A stretch of DNA of 57,190 nt, from positions 1-57,190 of the forward strand of contig JBIKPD010000001.1 in the NCBI GenBank assembly GCA_044357665.1, written 5' to 3'. Positions 40,741-52,475 of the stretch are shown piece by piece. A program made the translations under genes and the position numbers. This stretch comes from Roseateles sp. (GTDB lineage Bacteria; Pseudomonadota; Gammaproteobacteria; Burkholderiales; Burkholderiaceae_C). The notes beneath the pieces are model-generated. The model was not told the DNA's origin and searched no databases. It saw nothing but the letters and a program-made list of their open reading frames with translations. How positions within the stretch are numbered: position 1 is the first letter of the stretch; each line of letters begins with the position of its first letter.

Positions 40741-42587
40741 AATGGCTGCGAATCTTCAGCAAGTCGGTGCAAAGGAAGCCAGGCGCCAGACCGGCGACCA
40801 AGGCCGGCAAAGATGGCAGGCATGGCGCCGCGGCGCATGGCACAAGAGGCGTCAGCTATTCCACCAGCCCGCTGCTGGCTTCGAAGACGCCGCCCTGGCG
40901 CTCGCATTTTCTGGTGGCTGTGGTTGGTCTGGCGTTCGCCGGATTGCTCGGTCGCGCGCTCTTTGTCCAGGTGATCGCAACCGACTTTTATCAAAAGCAG
41001 GGCGAGGCCCGCTATGTGCATACGATCGAGCTGCCAGCCAGCCGTGGTCGCATCAACGACCGCAATGGTCAGGTGCTCGCGGCAAGTGTGGCTGTGCCTT
41101 CGATCTGGGCGATCCCCAAGGAAGTCGATACCGACCCCGAAAAACGGCGCGCCCTGGGCAAGATCCTCGGGTGGAGTCCGGCTGAGCTTGAGCATCGGCT
41201 GGACCCGGCGACCAGATTCGCCTGGCTGCGGCGCCAAGCCGATGATGCGACAGCCGCGCAGATCAAGGCCTTGGGGCTCAAAGGCGTGTTCCAGGATCGG
41301 GAATACAAGCGCAAGTATCCGGAAGGCGAGGCCGCCGCCCATGTGGTCGGTTTCACCAATGTCGAAGAGCGAGGCCAGGAAGGCATTGAGCTGGCGTTCC
41401 AGAAAGACCTGCAGGGACGCGGTGGCTCTCGGTCGGTGGTGCGTGACCGCCTGGGCCGGGTCGTCGAGGATGTCGGCGAAGCCGTCCCGGCGATGAATGG
41501 CCAGGACATCGAGCTGTCGGTTGACTCGAAGGTTCAGTTTTTTGCTTATCAACGCATCCGTGATGCGGTGGCTGATCACAAGGCCAAGGCTGGTAGCGTG
41601 GTCGTTCTCGACGTGCAGACCGGTGAAGTCCTGGCACTGGCCAATTACCCAAGCTATGACCCGGGAGACCGCAGGAATCTCAGCGGCGCACAGTTGCGCA
41701 ACCGCGCGCTGACCGACATTTTCGAGCCAGGGTCAACGATGAAGCCATTCATCGTCGGACTGGCGCTCGAGACCGGTCGCGTCACCCCTGAAACGATGAT
41801 CAATACCGCACCGCGCAGCGTGGTCATCAGCGGCTGGTCCCCGACCGATGCGCATCCCCATGGCGATCTCAGCGTGACCCAGGTGATCCAGAAATCGAGC
41901 AACGTCGGCATCGTCAAGATCGCGATGGGCATGCCGGCCCGCGAAATGCACGAGACCTATACGGCCATCGGCCTTGGTCAGCGTCCGCAGATCGACTTTC
42001 CCGGCGCGATCAGCGGCAAGCTGCGGCCCTACAAGAGCTGGCGGCCGATCGAACAGGCGACGATGGCCTTCGGCTACGGCGTGTCGGCCTCCTTGTTCCA
42101 GTTGGCACAAGCCTATACGGTGTTTGCCCGCGACGGCGAAATCATCCCGGTGACGATGATGCGCAAGCCCGCGGGTGAACCGGTTCATGGCATCAAGGTC
42201 TTCTCGCCGAAGACCGCGTTGCAATTGCGTGAAATGCTGCAATTGGCTGCAGGTCCGGGTGGTACCGCGCCGCAAGCGCAGGTCAGCGGCTACAGCGTTG
42301 GCGGCAAATCGGGGACGGCGCGAAAGCAGGAAGGCAAAGGCTATGCCGGCAACAAATATCGGTCCTGGTTCGTTGGCATCGCGCCGATCAACAAGCCGCG
42401 CATCATCGTTGCGGTGATGGTCGACGAGCCGACGACCGGCGGTCACTATGGCGGCGAGGTCGCAGGCCCGGTGTTCAGCCAGGTGGTGGCACAAAGCCTG
42501 CGCCTGCTGGGTGTGCCGCCTGATCTGGATGTCAAGTCGCAAATCGTCGCGAACCAGAAGCTGCAAGCGGTTGAAGAGAGCTTCTGA
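40737..42587 (+). CDS. ftsI: Penicillin-binding protein 3
   Basis: RGRINDRNG, EPGSTMK (SxxK), SSN, KSG. Start uncertain. Confidence 0.96.
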   Translation: MKWLRIFSKSVQRKPGARPATKAGKDGRHGAAAHGTRGVSYSTSPLLASKTPPWRSHFLVAVVGLAFAGLLGRALFVQVIATDFYQKQGEARYVHTIELPASRGRINDRNGQVLAASVAVPSIWAIPKEVDTDPEKRRALGKILGWSPAELEHRLDPATRFAWLRRQADDATAAQIKALGLKGVFQDREYKRKYPEGEAAAHVVGFTNVEERGQEGIELAFQKDLQGRGGSRSVVRDRLGRVVEDVGEAVPAMNGQDIELSVDSKVQFFAYQRIRDAVADHKAKAGSVVVLDVQTGEVLALANYPSYDPGDRRNLSGAQLRNRALTDIFEPGSTMKPFIVGLALETGRVTPETMINTAPRSVVISGWSPTDAHPHGDLSVTQVIQKSSNVGIVKIAMGMPAREMHETYTAIGLGQRPQIDFPGAISGKLRPYKSWRPIEQATMAFGYGVSASLFQLAQAYTVFARDGEIIPVTMMRKPAGEPVHGIKVFSPKTALQLREMLQLAAGPGGTAPQAQVSGYSVGGKSGTARKQEGKGYAGNKYRSWFVGIAPINKPRIIVAVMVDEPTTGGHYGGEVAGPVFSQVVAQSLRLLGVPPDLDVKSQIVANQKLQAVEESF

Positions 42588-42590
42588 GTC

Positions 42591-44087
42591 ATGGCCAACC
42601 GACTCCAATCTCCCGAGGCTGCAGCAGGCTGGTTGCAGCAAAAGGGTTGCGGCCGTTTGCAGACCGACAGTCGCCTGGTCCAGACCGGTGATGCCTTCAT
42701 CGCCTGGCCCGGTCATGTCAGCGACGGCCGCAAGTTCGTGCCTGCAGCCTTGGCCGCGGGCGCTGCGGCCTGCCTGGTCGAAGCCGAGGGGCTTGAAGAA
42801 TTCGGCTTTCCATCTGCACAGGTCGCATCCCTGGTCGGCTTGAAAGCGCAAGCCGGGCGGGTCGCCTCGGCTTATTACGAGATGCCCTCCAAGGCGCTGG
42901 CCGTGCTGGCCGTGACCGGTACCAATGGCAAGACCTCCTGTGCCTGGTGGACCGCGCAGGCCTTGGCGATGTTGGGCCAACGCTGCGGCGTCATCGGCAC
43001 GCTCGGGATTGGCGAGCCGCCAAGCCCGGATCAGCCAGCAAGGCTTGAAGAAACCGGCCTGACCACGCCCGACCCGGTGAAATTGCAATCGGCCTTGCGC
43101 TCGATGGCCGATCAGGGCTTCGAGGCCTGTGCGATCGAAGCCTCGTCGATCGGCCTGACCGAGCAGCGCCTGGCGGGTCTTTCGGTGCGGGTGGCCCTGT
43201 TCACCAACTTCAGTCAAGACCATCTTGACTATCACCAAGGGATGCAAGCCTATTGGTCGGCCAAGCGGCAGCTGTTTGACTTCGACGGGCTGCAAGCTGC
43301 CGTGATCAACCTCGACGACGCCAAGGGCGCCGAGCTGGCGGCGGAACTGGCTGGGCGTCTCGAACTCTGGACCTATGGGCTGGAAGCGCCAGCGCGCTTG
43401 AACGCGCACTCATTGCACTACCGCGCCGGTGGCATGGTTTTCACCTTGCAGGAGCAGGGCGCTTTGCCGGTCTTGATCGAAACCGGCTTGATCGGTGAGT
43501 TCAATGTGGCCAATCTGCTCGCTGTCATCGGGGGCTTGCGTGCGCTAGGGCAAACGCTGGCATCGATCGCGGCGGTGATCGGCCGGGTCACTCCGGTGCC
43601 GGGGCGGATGCAGCGAGTCGGTAACGGCCGGGACCTGCCGCAAGTCGTCGTCGACTATGCCCATACGCCTGACGCGCTTGAAAAAGCGCTGACGGCCTTG
43701 AAACCGCTGACGGCAGCGCGCGGCGGTGATCTGCATTGCCTGTTCGGCTGCGGCGGTAACCGCGACCAGGCCAAGAGGCCGTTGATGGGTGCGATTGCGG
43801 CCCGACTGGCTGACCGGGTCACCCTCACCAGCGACAACCCGCGCCGTGAAGATCCGGCAGCAATCATCACGGCCATTGCTGCCGGCCTGCCTGTTGCATC
43901 GAATTTTTCGGCTGAACCCGATCGGCGCGCTGCGATTTTGCATGCCGTACTTGGCGCCGACCGGCGCGACGTGCTGCTGCTGGCTGGCAAGGGCCATGAG
44001 GATTACCAGGAATCGGCAGGCTTGCGCAGGCATTTTTCCGATCTCGAAGAATCGCGTCAGGCGCTGCTGTCGAGGGCTGGGCTATGA
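42591..44087 (+). CDS. murE: UDP-MurNAc-dipeptide:meso-DAP ligase
   Basis: TGTNGKTS, TTPDP, DYAHTPD, DNPR, AGKGHE. Confidence 0.97.
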   Translation: MANRLQSPEAAAGWLQQKGCGRLQTDSRLVQTGDAFIAWPGHVSDGRKFVPAALAAGAAACLVEAEGLEEFGFPSAQVASLVGLKAQAGRVASAYYEMPSKALAVLAVTGTNGKTSCAWWTAQALAMLGQRCGVIGTLGIGEPPSPDQPARLEETGLTTPDPVKLQSALRSMADQGFEACAIEASSIGLTEQRLAGLSVRVALFTNFSQDHLDYHQGMQAYWSAKRQLFDFDGLQAAVINLDDAKGAELAAELAGRLELWTYGLEAPARLNAHSLHYRAGGMVFTLQEQGALPVLIETGLIGEFNVANLLAVIGGLRALGQTLASIAAVIGRVTPVPGRMQRVGNGRDLPQVVVDYAHTPDALEKALTALKPLTAARGGDLHCLFGCGGNRDQAKRPLMGAIAARLADRVTLTSDNPRREDPAAIITAIAAGLPVASNFSAEPDRRAAILHAVLGADRRDVLLLAGKGHEDYQESAGLRRHFSDLEESRQALLSRAGL

Positions 44088-45499
44088 CGACGATGATGAC
44101 GCTGAAACAAGCTTTTCAATTGCTCTTGCCGACATTGCCGACAGCAACCTTGGTCGGCGCTGGCGACATCGCCATCAACCGAGTGCATAGCGACACGCGC
44201 AGCTTGCAGACTGGCGACTTGTTCGTCGCCTTGCGTGGCGAGCGTTTTGACGCCCATGAGTTTTTGCCCCAGGCGGCCGCAGCCGGGGCAGTCGCTGCGC
44301 TGGCTGAGCATGGTCTTGCCGAGACCGGACTGCCAGGTATTCTGGTGCCCGATGTGAAGGCCGCGTTGGGTCTGCTGGCCGCTGCCTGGCGCCGCCGCTT
44401 CGATCTGCCCCTGATCGCAGTGACCGGCAGCAACGGCAAGACGACGGTGACACAGATGATCGCCAGCATCCTGTGTCAGTGGCAGGGCAGCCATGCGCTG
44501 GCCACGGCAGGCAACTTCAACAACGACATCGGCGTGCCCCTGACCTTGCTGCGTTTGCGGCAGAACGGCGCGCTGCAGCATCGCGTGGCGGTGCTTGAGC
44601 TCGGTATGAACCATCCTGGCGAGATCGCGCCGCTGGCTGCGATGGTGGCGCCGACGGTCGCTTTGGTGAACAACGCGCAGCGCGAACATCAGGAGTTCTT
44701 GCAGACGGTCGAGGCTGCAGCGCGCGAGAACGGTGCAGTGATCGAAGCGCTCGGCCCGCAAGGCGTCGCAGTGTTTCCGGCCGAAGATCCCTGCGCACCG
44801 ATCTGGCAGCAGCTGGCCGGGCCGCGCCGCGCCCTCAGCTTCGCGCTGCAGGGGCCGGCCGACGTGCAAGGCAAGGCAAGTTGGTCAGCAGCCGGCCATT
44901 GGGATCTGCAATTGCAGTCGCCTGCAGGCGCTGCGCGGGTGTTGCTCAAAGTGGCGGGTCAGCACAATGTCCGCAACGCCTTGGCGGCAGCGGCTTGCGC
45001 CATGGCTGTGGGCGCACCGCTGGCTGCGGTCGTCGCGGGCCTTGAGCAGTTCCAGCCGGTCAAGGGCCGCTCGCAACTGCAGACCCTGGTGCGGGATGGT
45101 CAGCCGGTCAGCCTGATCGACGACAGCTACAACGCCAACCCCGACAGTGTCCGCGCCGCGATCGACCTGCTCGCCGGGCTGCCGGGCCGATCCTGGCTGG
45201 TACTCGGTGACATGGGTGAAGTCGGTGACCAGGGGCCGGCATTCCACGCTGAAGTTGGCGCCTATGCGCAAGCGCGTGGACTGGCGGCAATGTGGACCGC
45301 AGGCAGCGCGGCCGCCGATGCCGCCGCGGCTTTCGGCAGCAAGGCCAGACATTTCGAAAATGCCGCCGCGTTGACCGCGGCTTTACCTGATGCGCCGAAG
45401 GTGCGCAATATCTTGATCAAGGGGTCCCGGTTCATGCGCATGGAACAAGTCGTCGCCGCTTTGCAGAACGAGCCGGTCGGAGCACAGCATGCTGCTTAG
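44084..45499 (+). CDS. murF: UDP-MurNAc-tripeptide:D-Ala-D-Ala ligase
   Basis: [30 protein letters not shown]. Confidence 0.97.
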   Translation: MTTMMTLKQAFQLLLPTLPTATLVGAGDIAINRVHSDTRSLQTGDLFVALRGERFDAHEFLPQAAAAGAVAALAEHGLAETGLPGILVPDVKAALGLLAAAWRRRFDLPLIAVTGSNGKTTVTQMIASILCQWQGSHALATAGNFNNDIGVPLTLLRLRQNGALQHRVAVLELGMNHPGEIAPLAAMVAPTVALVNNAQREHQEFLQTVEAAARENGAVIEALGPQGVAVFPAEDPCAPIWQQLAGPRRALSFALQGPADVQGKASWSAAGHWDLQLQSPAGAARVLLKVAGQHNVRNALAAAACAMAVGAPLAAVVAGLEQFQPVKGRSQLQTLVRDGQPVSLIDDSYNANPDSVRAAIDLLAGLPGRSWLVLGDMGEVGDQGPAFHAEVGAYAQARGLAAMWTAGSAAADAAAAFGSKARHFENAAALTAALPDAPKVRNILIKGSRFMRMEQVVAALQNEPVGAQHAA

Positions 45500-46667
45500 C
45501 CTGTCTCAATGGCTGCAGGCCCATTACCCCGAGATGGGCTTTCTGCGGGTCTTCCAGTACATCACCTTCCGTGCGGTGATGGCGGCGATGACCGCCTTGC
45601 TGATCGGCCTGGCTTTCGGACCCTGGGTGATCAGGCGGCTGACCGAAATGAAGATCGGCCAGCCGATTCGTCAATATGGTGTCGAGCAGCATCTGTCCAA
45701 GAGTGGCACGCCGACGATGGGCGGGGTGCTGATCCTGATCGGCATTGGCGTGTCGACCCTGCTCTGGTTCGACTGGAGCAACCGCTTTGTCTGGATCGTG
45801 ATGCTGGTGACGATGGGCTTCGGCGCGATCGGCTGGGTCGACGATTGGCGCAAGGTGGTCGACAAGAATCCTGAAGGCATGCGCAGCCGCGAGAAGTTCT
45901 TCTGGCAGTCCCTGATCGGTCTGATCGCAGCGCTCTACCTGGCCTTCAGCGTCTCGGAGACATCGATCGTTGGTGTTCTGCAGTTGTTCACGCGCTGGGT
46001 CACCAGCGGCTTTTCGACCGACCTGCCACCCAAAGCGGGCCTACTTTTGCCCTTCTTCAAGACGGTCAGCTATCCGCTGGGTGTTTTCGGCTTTATCGCC
46101 TTGTCCTACTTCGTCATCGTCGGAACCAGCAACGCGGTCAACTTCACCGATGGCCTCGATGGCTTGGCGATCATGCCGGTGGTGCTGGTCGGCTCGGCCC
46201 TGGGTCTGTTCGCCTATGTGACCGGCTCGTCGGTGTTCTCCAAATACCTGTTGCTGCCCTATATCCCCGGGGCTGGCGAATTGCTGATTTTCTGCGCGGC
46301 GATGGCCGGAGCCGGCCTGGCATTTCTCTGGTTCAACACCCATCCGGCCCAGGTCTTCATGGGCGATGTCGGCGCGCTGTCGCTCGGCGGCGCCCTCGGC
46401 ACCTTGGCCGTCATCACGCGCCAGGAAATCGTGCTGGGCATCATGGGCGGTGTGTTCGTCGCCGAGGTGATGTCGGTGATCATTCAGGTCAGTTGGTTCA
46501 AGTTCACGAAAAAGAGATACGGCGTTGGCCGCCGCATCTTCAAGATGGCGCCCTTGCACCATCATTTTGAAAAATCAGGCTGGCTGGAATCGCAGGTCGT
46601 CGTGCGCTTCTGGATCATCACGATGCTCCTGTGTCTGGTTGGCCTGGCCAGCTTGAAGCTGCGTTGA
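45489..46667 (+). CDS. mraY: Phospho-MurNAc-pentapeptide transferase
   Basis: [33 protein letters not shown]. Confidence 0.98.
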   Translation: MLLSLSQWLQAHYPEMGFLRVFQYITFRAVMAAMTALLIGLAFGPWVIRRLTEMKIGQPIRQYGVEQHLSKSGTPTMGGVLILIGIGVSTLLWFDWSNRFVWIVMLVTMGFGAIGWVDDWRKVVDKNPEGMRSREKFFWQSLIGLIAALYLAFSVSETSIVGVLQLFTRWVTSGFSTDLPPKAGLLLPFFKTVSYPLGVFGFIALSYFVIVGTSNAVNFTDGLDGLAIMPVVLVGSALGLFAYVTGSSVFSKYLLLPYIPGAGELLIFCAAMAGAGLAFLWFNTHPAQVFMGDVGALSLGGALGTLAVITRQEIVLGIMGGVFVAEVMSVIIQVSWFKFTKKRYGVGRRIFKMAPLHHHFEKSGWLESQVVVRFWIITMLLCLVGLASLKLR

Positions 46668-46671
46668 CGGA

Positions 46672-48330
46672 ATGAAGAACCTGCAAGGACTCAAGGTGCT
46701 GGTGCTGGGGTTGGGTGACTCCGGCTTGGCCATGGCTGCCTGGGTCCAGCGCTGTGGCGGGCAAACACGGGTCTGGGACTCGCGCGAGCAACCGCCCCAG
46801 CTCGAGCGCCTTCGCCAGGACCTGCCCGAGGTTGGCTTCTTCAGCGGCTTGCTCGATGCGCAGGCCTTGGACGGGGTGCAATTGCTGCTGAAGAGCCCGG
46901 GCCTGGCCCCGCATGACCTGCGCATCGCAGCCCTGCTTGGCGCGGCCAAGCAGCAGGGCTTGCCGGTGCAGGGGGAACTCGATCTGTTCGCACAGGCGCT
47001 GGCTGAGCTGAAGCAGGAGCGGGGCTATGCGCCGCAAGTTCTGGCGATCACCGGGACCAATGGCAAGACCACGACGACCTGCATGACCGCCTTGCTGGTC
47101 GAACGCGCCGGGCGGCGCGTCGCCATGGCCGGTAATGTCGGGCCCAGCATGTTGACGACGCTGTCTGCGGCGCTCGATCTGGAGCCGCTGGCGGTCGCAG
47201 CCCCTGAGAAGGAGATCGTCGAGGCTGAGTTGACCACGCTCGAGCAGGTCGATGCGATGCTGGACGAAGCACCGCTACCGATCAAGCCGCCACTGCCCAA
47301 AGGGCCTTCGTTCTTGTACCTGCCCGAGGTCTGGGTGCTCGAGCTGTCAAGCTTCCAGCTCGACGGCGTGCAGGGTTTCGAGGCCAGTGCGGCTGCAGTG
47401 TTGAACCTGACCGAGGATCACCTCGACTGGCATGGCGACATGCCGGCCTACATCAAGGCCAAGGCCAGAATTTTTGGTGAACAGGCCATCATCGTGGTCA
47501 ATCGCGACGACCCGAGGGTCGAGGCGCTGGTGCCGGCACCGCTGCTGGTCAAACCCTTGCGCGGTCGCCCCAAGCTGGTGGGCCGGCAGGTGGTTCGATT
47601 CGGGCTCAACAATCCGCAGCATCCGGGTGACTTCGGCTTGGTTCAGGAAGGCGGCATGTCGTGGCTGGTGCGTGCGCGCGAAGCCGATGAGACTTTCAAG
47701 CGCAAACAGGATGAGCCCGAGGACATATCGCTGCAGCGCCTGATGCCGGCTGACGCCTTGCGGGTGCGCGGCCGCCACAACTCGGCCAACGCGCTTGCGG
47801 CGCTGGCATTGGCTACAGCCGCCGGCTGTGCGCTGGCGCCGATGCTGCATGCCTTGCGCGAATACCGGGGCGAACCGCACCGGGTCGAGCATATAGGCAC
47901 GATCAACGGTGTCGATTTCTACGACGACTCCAAGGGCACCAATGTCGGCGCGACCGTCGCTGCGATCAGCGGCCTGGGGCTGGACCGTGCGCCGGCCAGA
48001 CTGCTGTTGATACTCGGCGGCGATGGCAAGGGTCAGGATTTCAGTCCCTTGGCCGATCCAGTGGCTCGCTATGTGCGGGCAGTCGCGTTGATCGGACGCG
48101 ACGCAAAGCAGATCGCCGCGGCGCTGGGCGACAGTCAAGTGCTGCTGGAATTCCTGCCGTCGCTTGAAGCGGCCACCGAATGGTGCGCGACCCAAGCGCA
48201 TAGCGGCGACTCGGTGTTGCTGAGCCCGGCCTGCGCCAGCCTCGACATGTTCCGCAACTATGAACATCGTGCCGAAGTCTTTGTCGCAGCGGTGCAGTCG
48301 CTGGCGCAGGAACAGGGCATCGCCGCATGA
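46672..48330 (+). CDS. murD: UDP-MurNAc-L-Ala:D-Glu ligase
   Basis: [36 protein letters not shown]. Confidence 0.97.
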   Translation: MKNLQGLKVLVLGLGDSGLAMAAWVQRCGGQTRVWDSREQPPQLERLRQDLPEVGFFSGLLDAQALDGVQLLLKSPGLAPHDLRIAALLGAAKQQGLPVQGELDLFAQALAELKQERGYAPQVLAITGTNGKTTTTCMTALLVERAGRRVAMAGNVGPSMLTTLSAALDLEPLAVAAPEKEIVEAELTTLEQVDAMLDEAPLPIKPPLPKGPSFLYLPEVWVLELSSFQLDGVQGFEASAAAVLNLTEDHLDWHGDMPAYIKAKARIFGEQAIIVVNRDDPRVEALVPAPLLVKPLRGRPKLVGRQVVRFGLNNPQHPGDFGLVQEGGMSWLVRAREADETFKRKQDEPEDISLQRLMPADALRVRGRHNSANALAALALATAAGCALAPMLHALREYRGEPHRVEHIGTINGVDFYDDSKGTNVGATVAAISGLGLDRAPARLLLILGGDGKGQDFSPLADPVARYVRAVALIGRDAKQIAAALGDSQVLLEFLPSLEAATEWCATQAHSGDSVLLSPACASLDMFRNYEHRAEVFVAAVQSLAQEQGIAA

Positions 48331-49583
48331 GCGCCATGCTTTCCATCAGGGAGCTGTCCTCGCGTCTGAAAGCGCGCTGGTCAGGTGCTGCTGCGGGAGA
48401 CGTCCCGGTGCGCGATTGGGTCAATGTCGGCGCCGGTCAGCCGACCAAGCTGGCGGGCTATGACCAGACCCTGGTGTGGGTCGTACTCGCCTTGCTGGGC
48501 CTGGGCTTGTTGATGGTCTATTCGGCTTCGATCGCAATGCCCGACAACCCCAAATCCAGCCATTACCTGCCAACCCATTTCCTTTTGCGCCATGTGATGT
48601 CGATCCTGCTGTCGCTGTTGGTCGCGCTGACCGTCATGCAGTTGCCGGTGGCCTATTGGGAACGGGCTGCGCCCTGGTTGTTCGTGGTCTCGCTGGTGCT
48701 GCTGGTGATCGTACTGGTTCCCTTTATCGGCAAAGTCGTCAACGGCGCGCGCCGCTGGTTGCCGCTGGGCTTGATCAACTTCCAGCCTTCCGAGTTGGCC
48801 AAGTTGGCGATCGCGATGTATGCCGCCAGCTATATGGTGCGCAAGATGGAGGCCAGGGAGAACTTCATCCAGGCGGTCTGGCCGATGGCCGCTGCGCTGG
48901 CAGTCGTGGGTGTGCTGTTGCTGGCCGAACCGGATATGGGCGCCTTCATGGTGATCGCGGCGATCGCGATGGGCATTCTCTTTCTCGGCGGTGTCAACGG
49001 ACGCATGATCGCTTTGAGCGTTGCGGTGCTGGTCGGTGCCTTTGTGCTGATGATCACCTTCAGCGACTTCCGCCGTGAACGCATCTTCGCCTACCTGAAT
49101 CCCTGGGACGAAAAATACGCACAGGGCAAGGCCTACCAGTTGACTCATTCATTGATTGCCTTCGGTCGTGGTGAATGGACTGGCCAGGGATTGGGGTCGA
49201 GTGTCGAGAAGCTGCATTACCTGCCCGAAGCGCATACCGATTTCCTGCTCGCCGTGATCGGCGAAGAGCTCGGCTTTATCGGTGTCGCGATCGTCATCTG
49301 CGCCTTTTTCTGGATTTCGCGCCGGCTCTTCCACATCGGCCGCCAGGCAATCGCCTTGGACCGGATTTTCGCCGGCCTGTTTGCGCAGGGCATCGGTATC
49401 TGGATGGGTGGTCAGGCGTTCATCAATATGGGTGTGAATCTCGGCGCGCTGCCGACCAAAGGCCTGACCCTGCCTTTGATGAGCTTTGGCGGCTCGGCCA
49501 TCCTGATGAACTGCGTCGCCCTCGCCATCGTCCTCCGCATTGATATTGAAAACCGCCAACTCATGCGAGGTGGCCGAGCATGA
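48327..49583 (+). CDS. ftsW: Peptidoglycan polymerase (SEDS)
   Basis: [31 protein letters not shown]. Confidence 0.97.
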   Translation: MSAMLSIRELSSRLKARWSGAAAGDVPVRDWVNVGAGQPTKLAGYDQTLVWVVLALLGLGLLMVYSASIAMPDNPKSSHYLPTHFLLRHVMSILLSLLVALTVMQLPVAYWERAAPWLFVVSLVLLVIVLVPFIGKVVNGARRWLPLGLINFQPSELAKLAIAMYAASYMVRKMEARENFIQAVWPMAAALAVVGVLLLAEPDMGAFMVIAAIAMGILFLGGVNGRMIALSVAVLVGAFVLMITFSDFRRERIFAYLNPWDEKYAQGKAYQLTHSLIAFGRGEWTGQGLGSSVEKLHYLPEAHTDFLLAVIGEELGFIGVAIVICAFFWISRRLFHIGRQAIALDRIFAGLFAQGIGIWMGGQAFINMGVNLGALPTKGLTLPLMSFGGSAILMNCVALAIVLRIDIENRQLMRGGRA

Positions 49584-49796
49584 GCGGCTTGCAGCGGAGC
49601 GAAAAGCCGGCAAGGCAGCCCGGGCTGTCTTGCATGGCGGTTTGGGCGCAGCCAAAACAGGCAATTGATGTCCGGTGGCCGAGCATGAGCGGCTTGCAGC
49701 GGAGCGAAAAGCCGGCAAGGCAGCCCGGGCTGTCTTGCATGGCGGTTTGGGCGCAGCCAAAACAGGCAATTGATCCGAGGAGGCCGCGCATGAGCG
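49549..49796 (+). repeat. 105-bp tandem array duplicating the ftsW 3' end twice, with hairpin spacers
   Basis: AAAAC at 49549 (gene), 49654 and 49759; TGA at 49581, 49686 and 49791. Confidence 0.95.
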
Positions 49797-49886
49797 CATT
49801 GCTCCGTAGCCCGCTATGCAGGCCAAAGGCCGGAATGCGGGGGGGACTGCGCGTTGGCGTCGACCGACCCGCATTGCGCTGCGCTG

Positions 49887-49961
49887 CATGCGGGCTACCG
49901 ACATGCGGGCTACCGACATGCGGCCGACCGACATACGGGCGTCCGGTATGTCGGCTACCGC
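49887..49961. repeat. 15-bp minisatellite, 5 progressively diverged copies
   Basis: CATGCGGGCTACCGA-like units at 49887, 49902, 49917, 49932 and 49947. Confidence 0.88.
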
Positions 49962-49980
49962 TGTCCATAGGAGCGCAGGC

Positions 49981-51057
49981 ATGACCCGCCACCTCGTCAT
50001 CATGGCCGCCGGGACTGGCGGTCACATCATTCCGGGTCTGGCCGTCGCCGAGGAAATCGTGCGGCGCGGCTGGACGGTCAGCTGGCTCGGTACCGAACAT
50101 GGCATGGAGAACAAGCTGGTGCCGCCGACTGGACTGCCGCTCGATCGTCTGGCATTTTCCGGCTTGCGCGGCAAGGGTTTCAAGCATGCCTTCCTCGGCC
50201 TCTTCAAGTTGATTCAGGCTTTCGTTCAAAGCCGACAAGTTTTGAGCACGCGCCGCGCCGATGCGGTGTTGGGCATGGGCGGCTATGTCTGTCTGCCCGG
50301 TGGTCTGATGGCCTGGCTGATGCGAAGACCGCTGTTGCTGGTCAACGCCGATGCGGCGATGCTGCTCAGCAACCAGACTTTGAAGCCATTTGCACGCCGC
50401 ATTGCCTTCGGCTTTGATGGCGCGGCTGCGGCCTCGACGCGCAAGGCCGTGGTCACCGGCAATCCGGTGCGCGCCGAGATCGAGGAACTGGCCCCGCCAG
50501 CGCTGCGCTTTGCCGGCCGCAGCGGGCCCTTGAAACTGCTCGTCGTCGGCGGCTCGCTCGGTGCAAGGGTGCTGAATCAGACCTTGCCGCAAGCGCTGGC
50601 TTTATGGCCTCAAGAACAGCGGCCGCTGGTCGTCCATCAGACCGGACAAGCCAATTTCGCTGCAGTGCAAGCGGCCTATAAAGACGCCGGGGTCGAGGGT
50701 GATTTACGGCCCTTCATCGACGATATGGCGTCAGAGCTGGCCGAGGCCGATCTGGTGATTTGTCGGGCCGGCGCGGTGACAGTCAGCGAACTCTGCGCCG
50801 CCGGACTGCCTTCGCTGCTGGTGCCGCTGGTGCTCAGCACCACGTCGCACCAACGCGACAACGCCCGTTTCATGGCCCAGCATGGTGCGGCAGTCGATCT
50901 GCCGCAAGATCAGTTGACAGCCCAGCATCTGCATCAATTGCTCTGCAGCCTTGACCGCGCTGCCTTGTTGAGCATGGCCGAAAAAGCCCGCAGTCTGGCG
51001 CGACCGCGTGCTGCCAGCCGGGTGGCGGATGAGATCGAAGCGATGGTGAAGTCATGA
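49981..51057 (+). CDS. murG: Lipid II GlcNAc transferase
   Basis: [38 protein letters not shown]; AGGAG RBS before ATG 49981. Confidence 0.97.
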   Translation: MTRHLVIMAAGTGGHIIPGLAVAEEIVRRGWTVSWLGTEHGMENKLVPPTGLPLDRLAFSGLRGKGFKHAFLGLFKLIQAFVQSRQVLSTRRADAVLGMGGYVCLPGGLMAWLMRRPLLLVNADAAMLLSNQTLKPFARRIAFGFDGAAAASTRKAVVTGNPVRAEIEELAPPALRFAGRSGPLKLLVVGGSLGARVLNQTLPQALALWPQEQRPLVVHQTGQANFAAVQAAYKDAGVEGDLRPFIDDMASELAEADLVICRAGAVTVSELCAAGLPSLLVPLVLSTTSHQRDNARFMAQHGAAVDLPQDQLTAQHLHQLLCSLDRAALLSMAEKARSLARPRAASRVADEIEAMVKS

Positions 51058-52475
51058 AACACGCCGTCAAACGGATCCATTTCGTCGGAGTCGGCGGCGC
51101 CGGCATGAGCGGCATTGCTGAAATCCTGCACAACCTCGGCTACCAGGTCTCGGGATCGGATCAGGCCGAAAGTGCAAGCACGCAGCGCCTGGCCGGCCTG
51201 GGCCTGAAGATCGCGATCGGCCATGACGCCGCCCATGTCGTCGGTGCGCAAGCGGTGGTGACTTCGACCGCGGTCAAGGGTGACAACCCGGAGGTGATCG
51301 CGGCGCGAGCCAGGCGTATTCCGGTCGTGCCGCGCGCGGTGATGCTGGCCGAATTGATGCGTCTGAAAAAGGGCATCGCGATTGCCGGCACCCATGGCAA
51401 GACCACGACCACCTCGCTGGTCACTTCGGTGCTGGCCGAGGCCGGTGTCGATCCGACTTTCGTCATCGGCGGCAAGCTGATGCGTGCCGGTGCCAATTCG
51501 GCGCTCGGTTCAGGCGAATACATCGTCGTCGAGGCCGATGAGTCTGACGCGTCCTTCCTGAATTTGCTGCCGATGCTGGCCGTCGTTACCAATATCGACG
51601 CCGACCATATGGAAACCTATGGGCATGACTTCGCGCGCTTGAAAGCGGCTTTTGTCGAATTCCTGCACCGCATGCCCTTTTATGGCGCAGCCGTTTTGTG
51701 CGGCGACGATGCCGGTGTGCGCTCGATCATTCCGCTGCTGTCGCGCCCTGTCATCAGCTATGGCCTGGGTCCGGAAAATCAGGTCCGCGCGGTTGACCTG
51801 CAGGCTCTGCCAGGCGGCCAGATGCGTTTCACCGTGCTGCGCAATTACGGCCAGCCCGAGCAAAAGTTCCCGGAATTGAAAGTGACCTTGAATCTGCCCG
51901 GTGTGCACAATGTGCAGAACGCCTTGGCGGCGATCGCGGTAGCCACCGAGCTTGAGTTGCCCGACGCACCGATCGTCGCCGCGCTGGAGAAGTTCGCCGG
52001 TGTCGGCCGGCGCTTTCAAAGCTTCGGTGATCTGCCCGCAACCGGTGGCGGCAGTTTCACGCTGATCGACGATTACGGCCACCACCCGGTCGAGATGGCC
52101 GCCGTGCTGTCAGCAGCGCGCGGAGCTTTCCCGGGGCGGCGCATTGTGCTGGCTTTTCAACCGCACCGTTACACCCGCACTCGTGACTGTTTCGAGGATT
52201 TTGTCCGCGTCATGTCGACCGCCGACATGGTGTTGCTGACCGAGGTCTACCCCGCCGGCGAGGCCGCGATCGTCGCGGCCGATGGCCGCTCGCTGGTGCG
52301 CGCCTTGCGGGTGGCCGGCTTGGTCGACCCCTTGTTCGTCGATGCCGTGACGGCAATGCCGCAGGCGATCGCCGCGCAGGCGCGCGCCGGCGATATCGTG
52401 ATCGTGATGGGCGCCGGTTCGATCGGTGCCGTGCCGGCGCTGACTGTTCAACTGCTGAAGGAAGTCCAGCCATGA
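51054..52475 (+). CDS. murC: UDP-MurNAc:L-Ala ligase
   Basis: [37 protein letters not shown]. Confidence 0.98.
   Translation: MKHAVKRIHFVGVGGAGMSGIAEILHNLGYQVSGSDQAESASTQRLAGLGLKIAIGHDAAHVVGAQAVVTSTAVKGDNPEVIAARARRIPVVPRAVMLAELMRLKKGIAIAGTHGKTTTTSLVTSVLAEAGVDPTFVIGGKLMRAGANSALGSGEYIVVEADESDASFLNLLPMLAVVTNIDADHMETYGHDFARLKAAFVEFLHRMPFYGAAVLCGDDAGVRSIIPLLSRPVISYGLGPENQVRAVDLQALPGGQMRFTVLRNYGQPEQKFPELKVTLNLPGVHNVQNALAAIAVATELELPDAPIVAALEKFAGVGRRFQSFGDLPATGGGSFTLIDDYGHHPVEMAAVLSAARGAFPGRRIVLAFQPHRYTRTRDCFEDFVRVMSTADMVLLTEVYPAGEAAIVAADGRSLVRALRVAGLVDPLFVDAVTAMPQAIAAQARAGDIVIVMGAGSIGAVPALTVQLLKEVQP

Noticed and set aside
49149-50592. Minus-strand ORFs and the 49816 start for murG
   Set aside because: Products of repeats and antisense frames; MurG homology and the AGGAG RBS point to ATG 49981.
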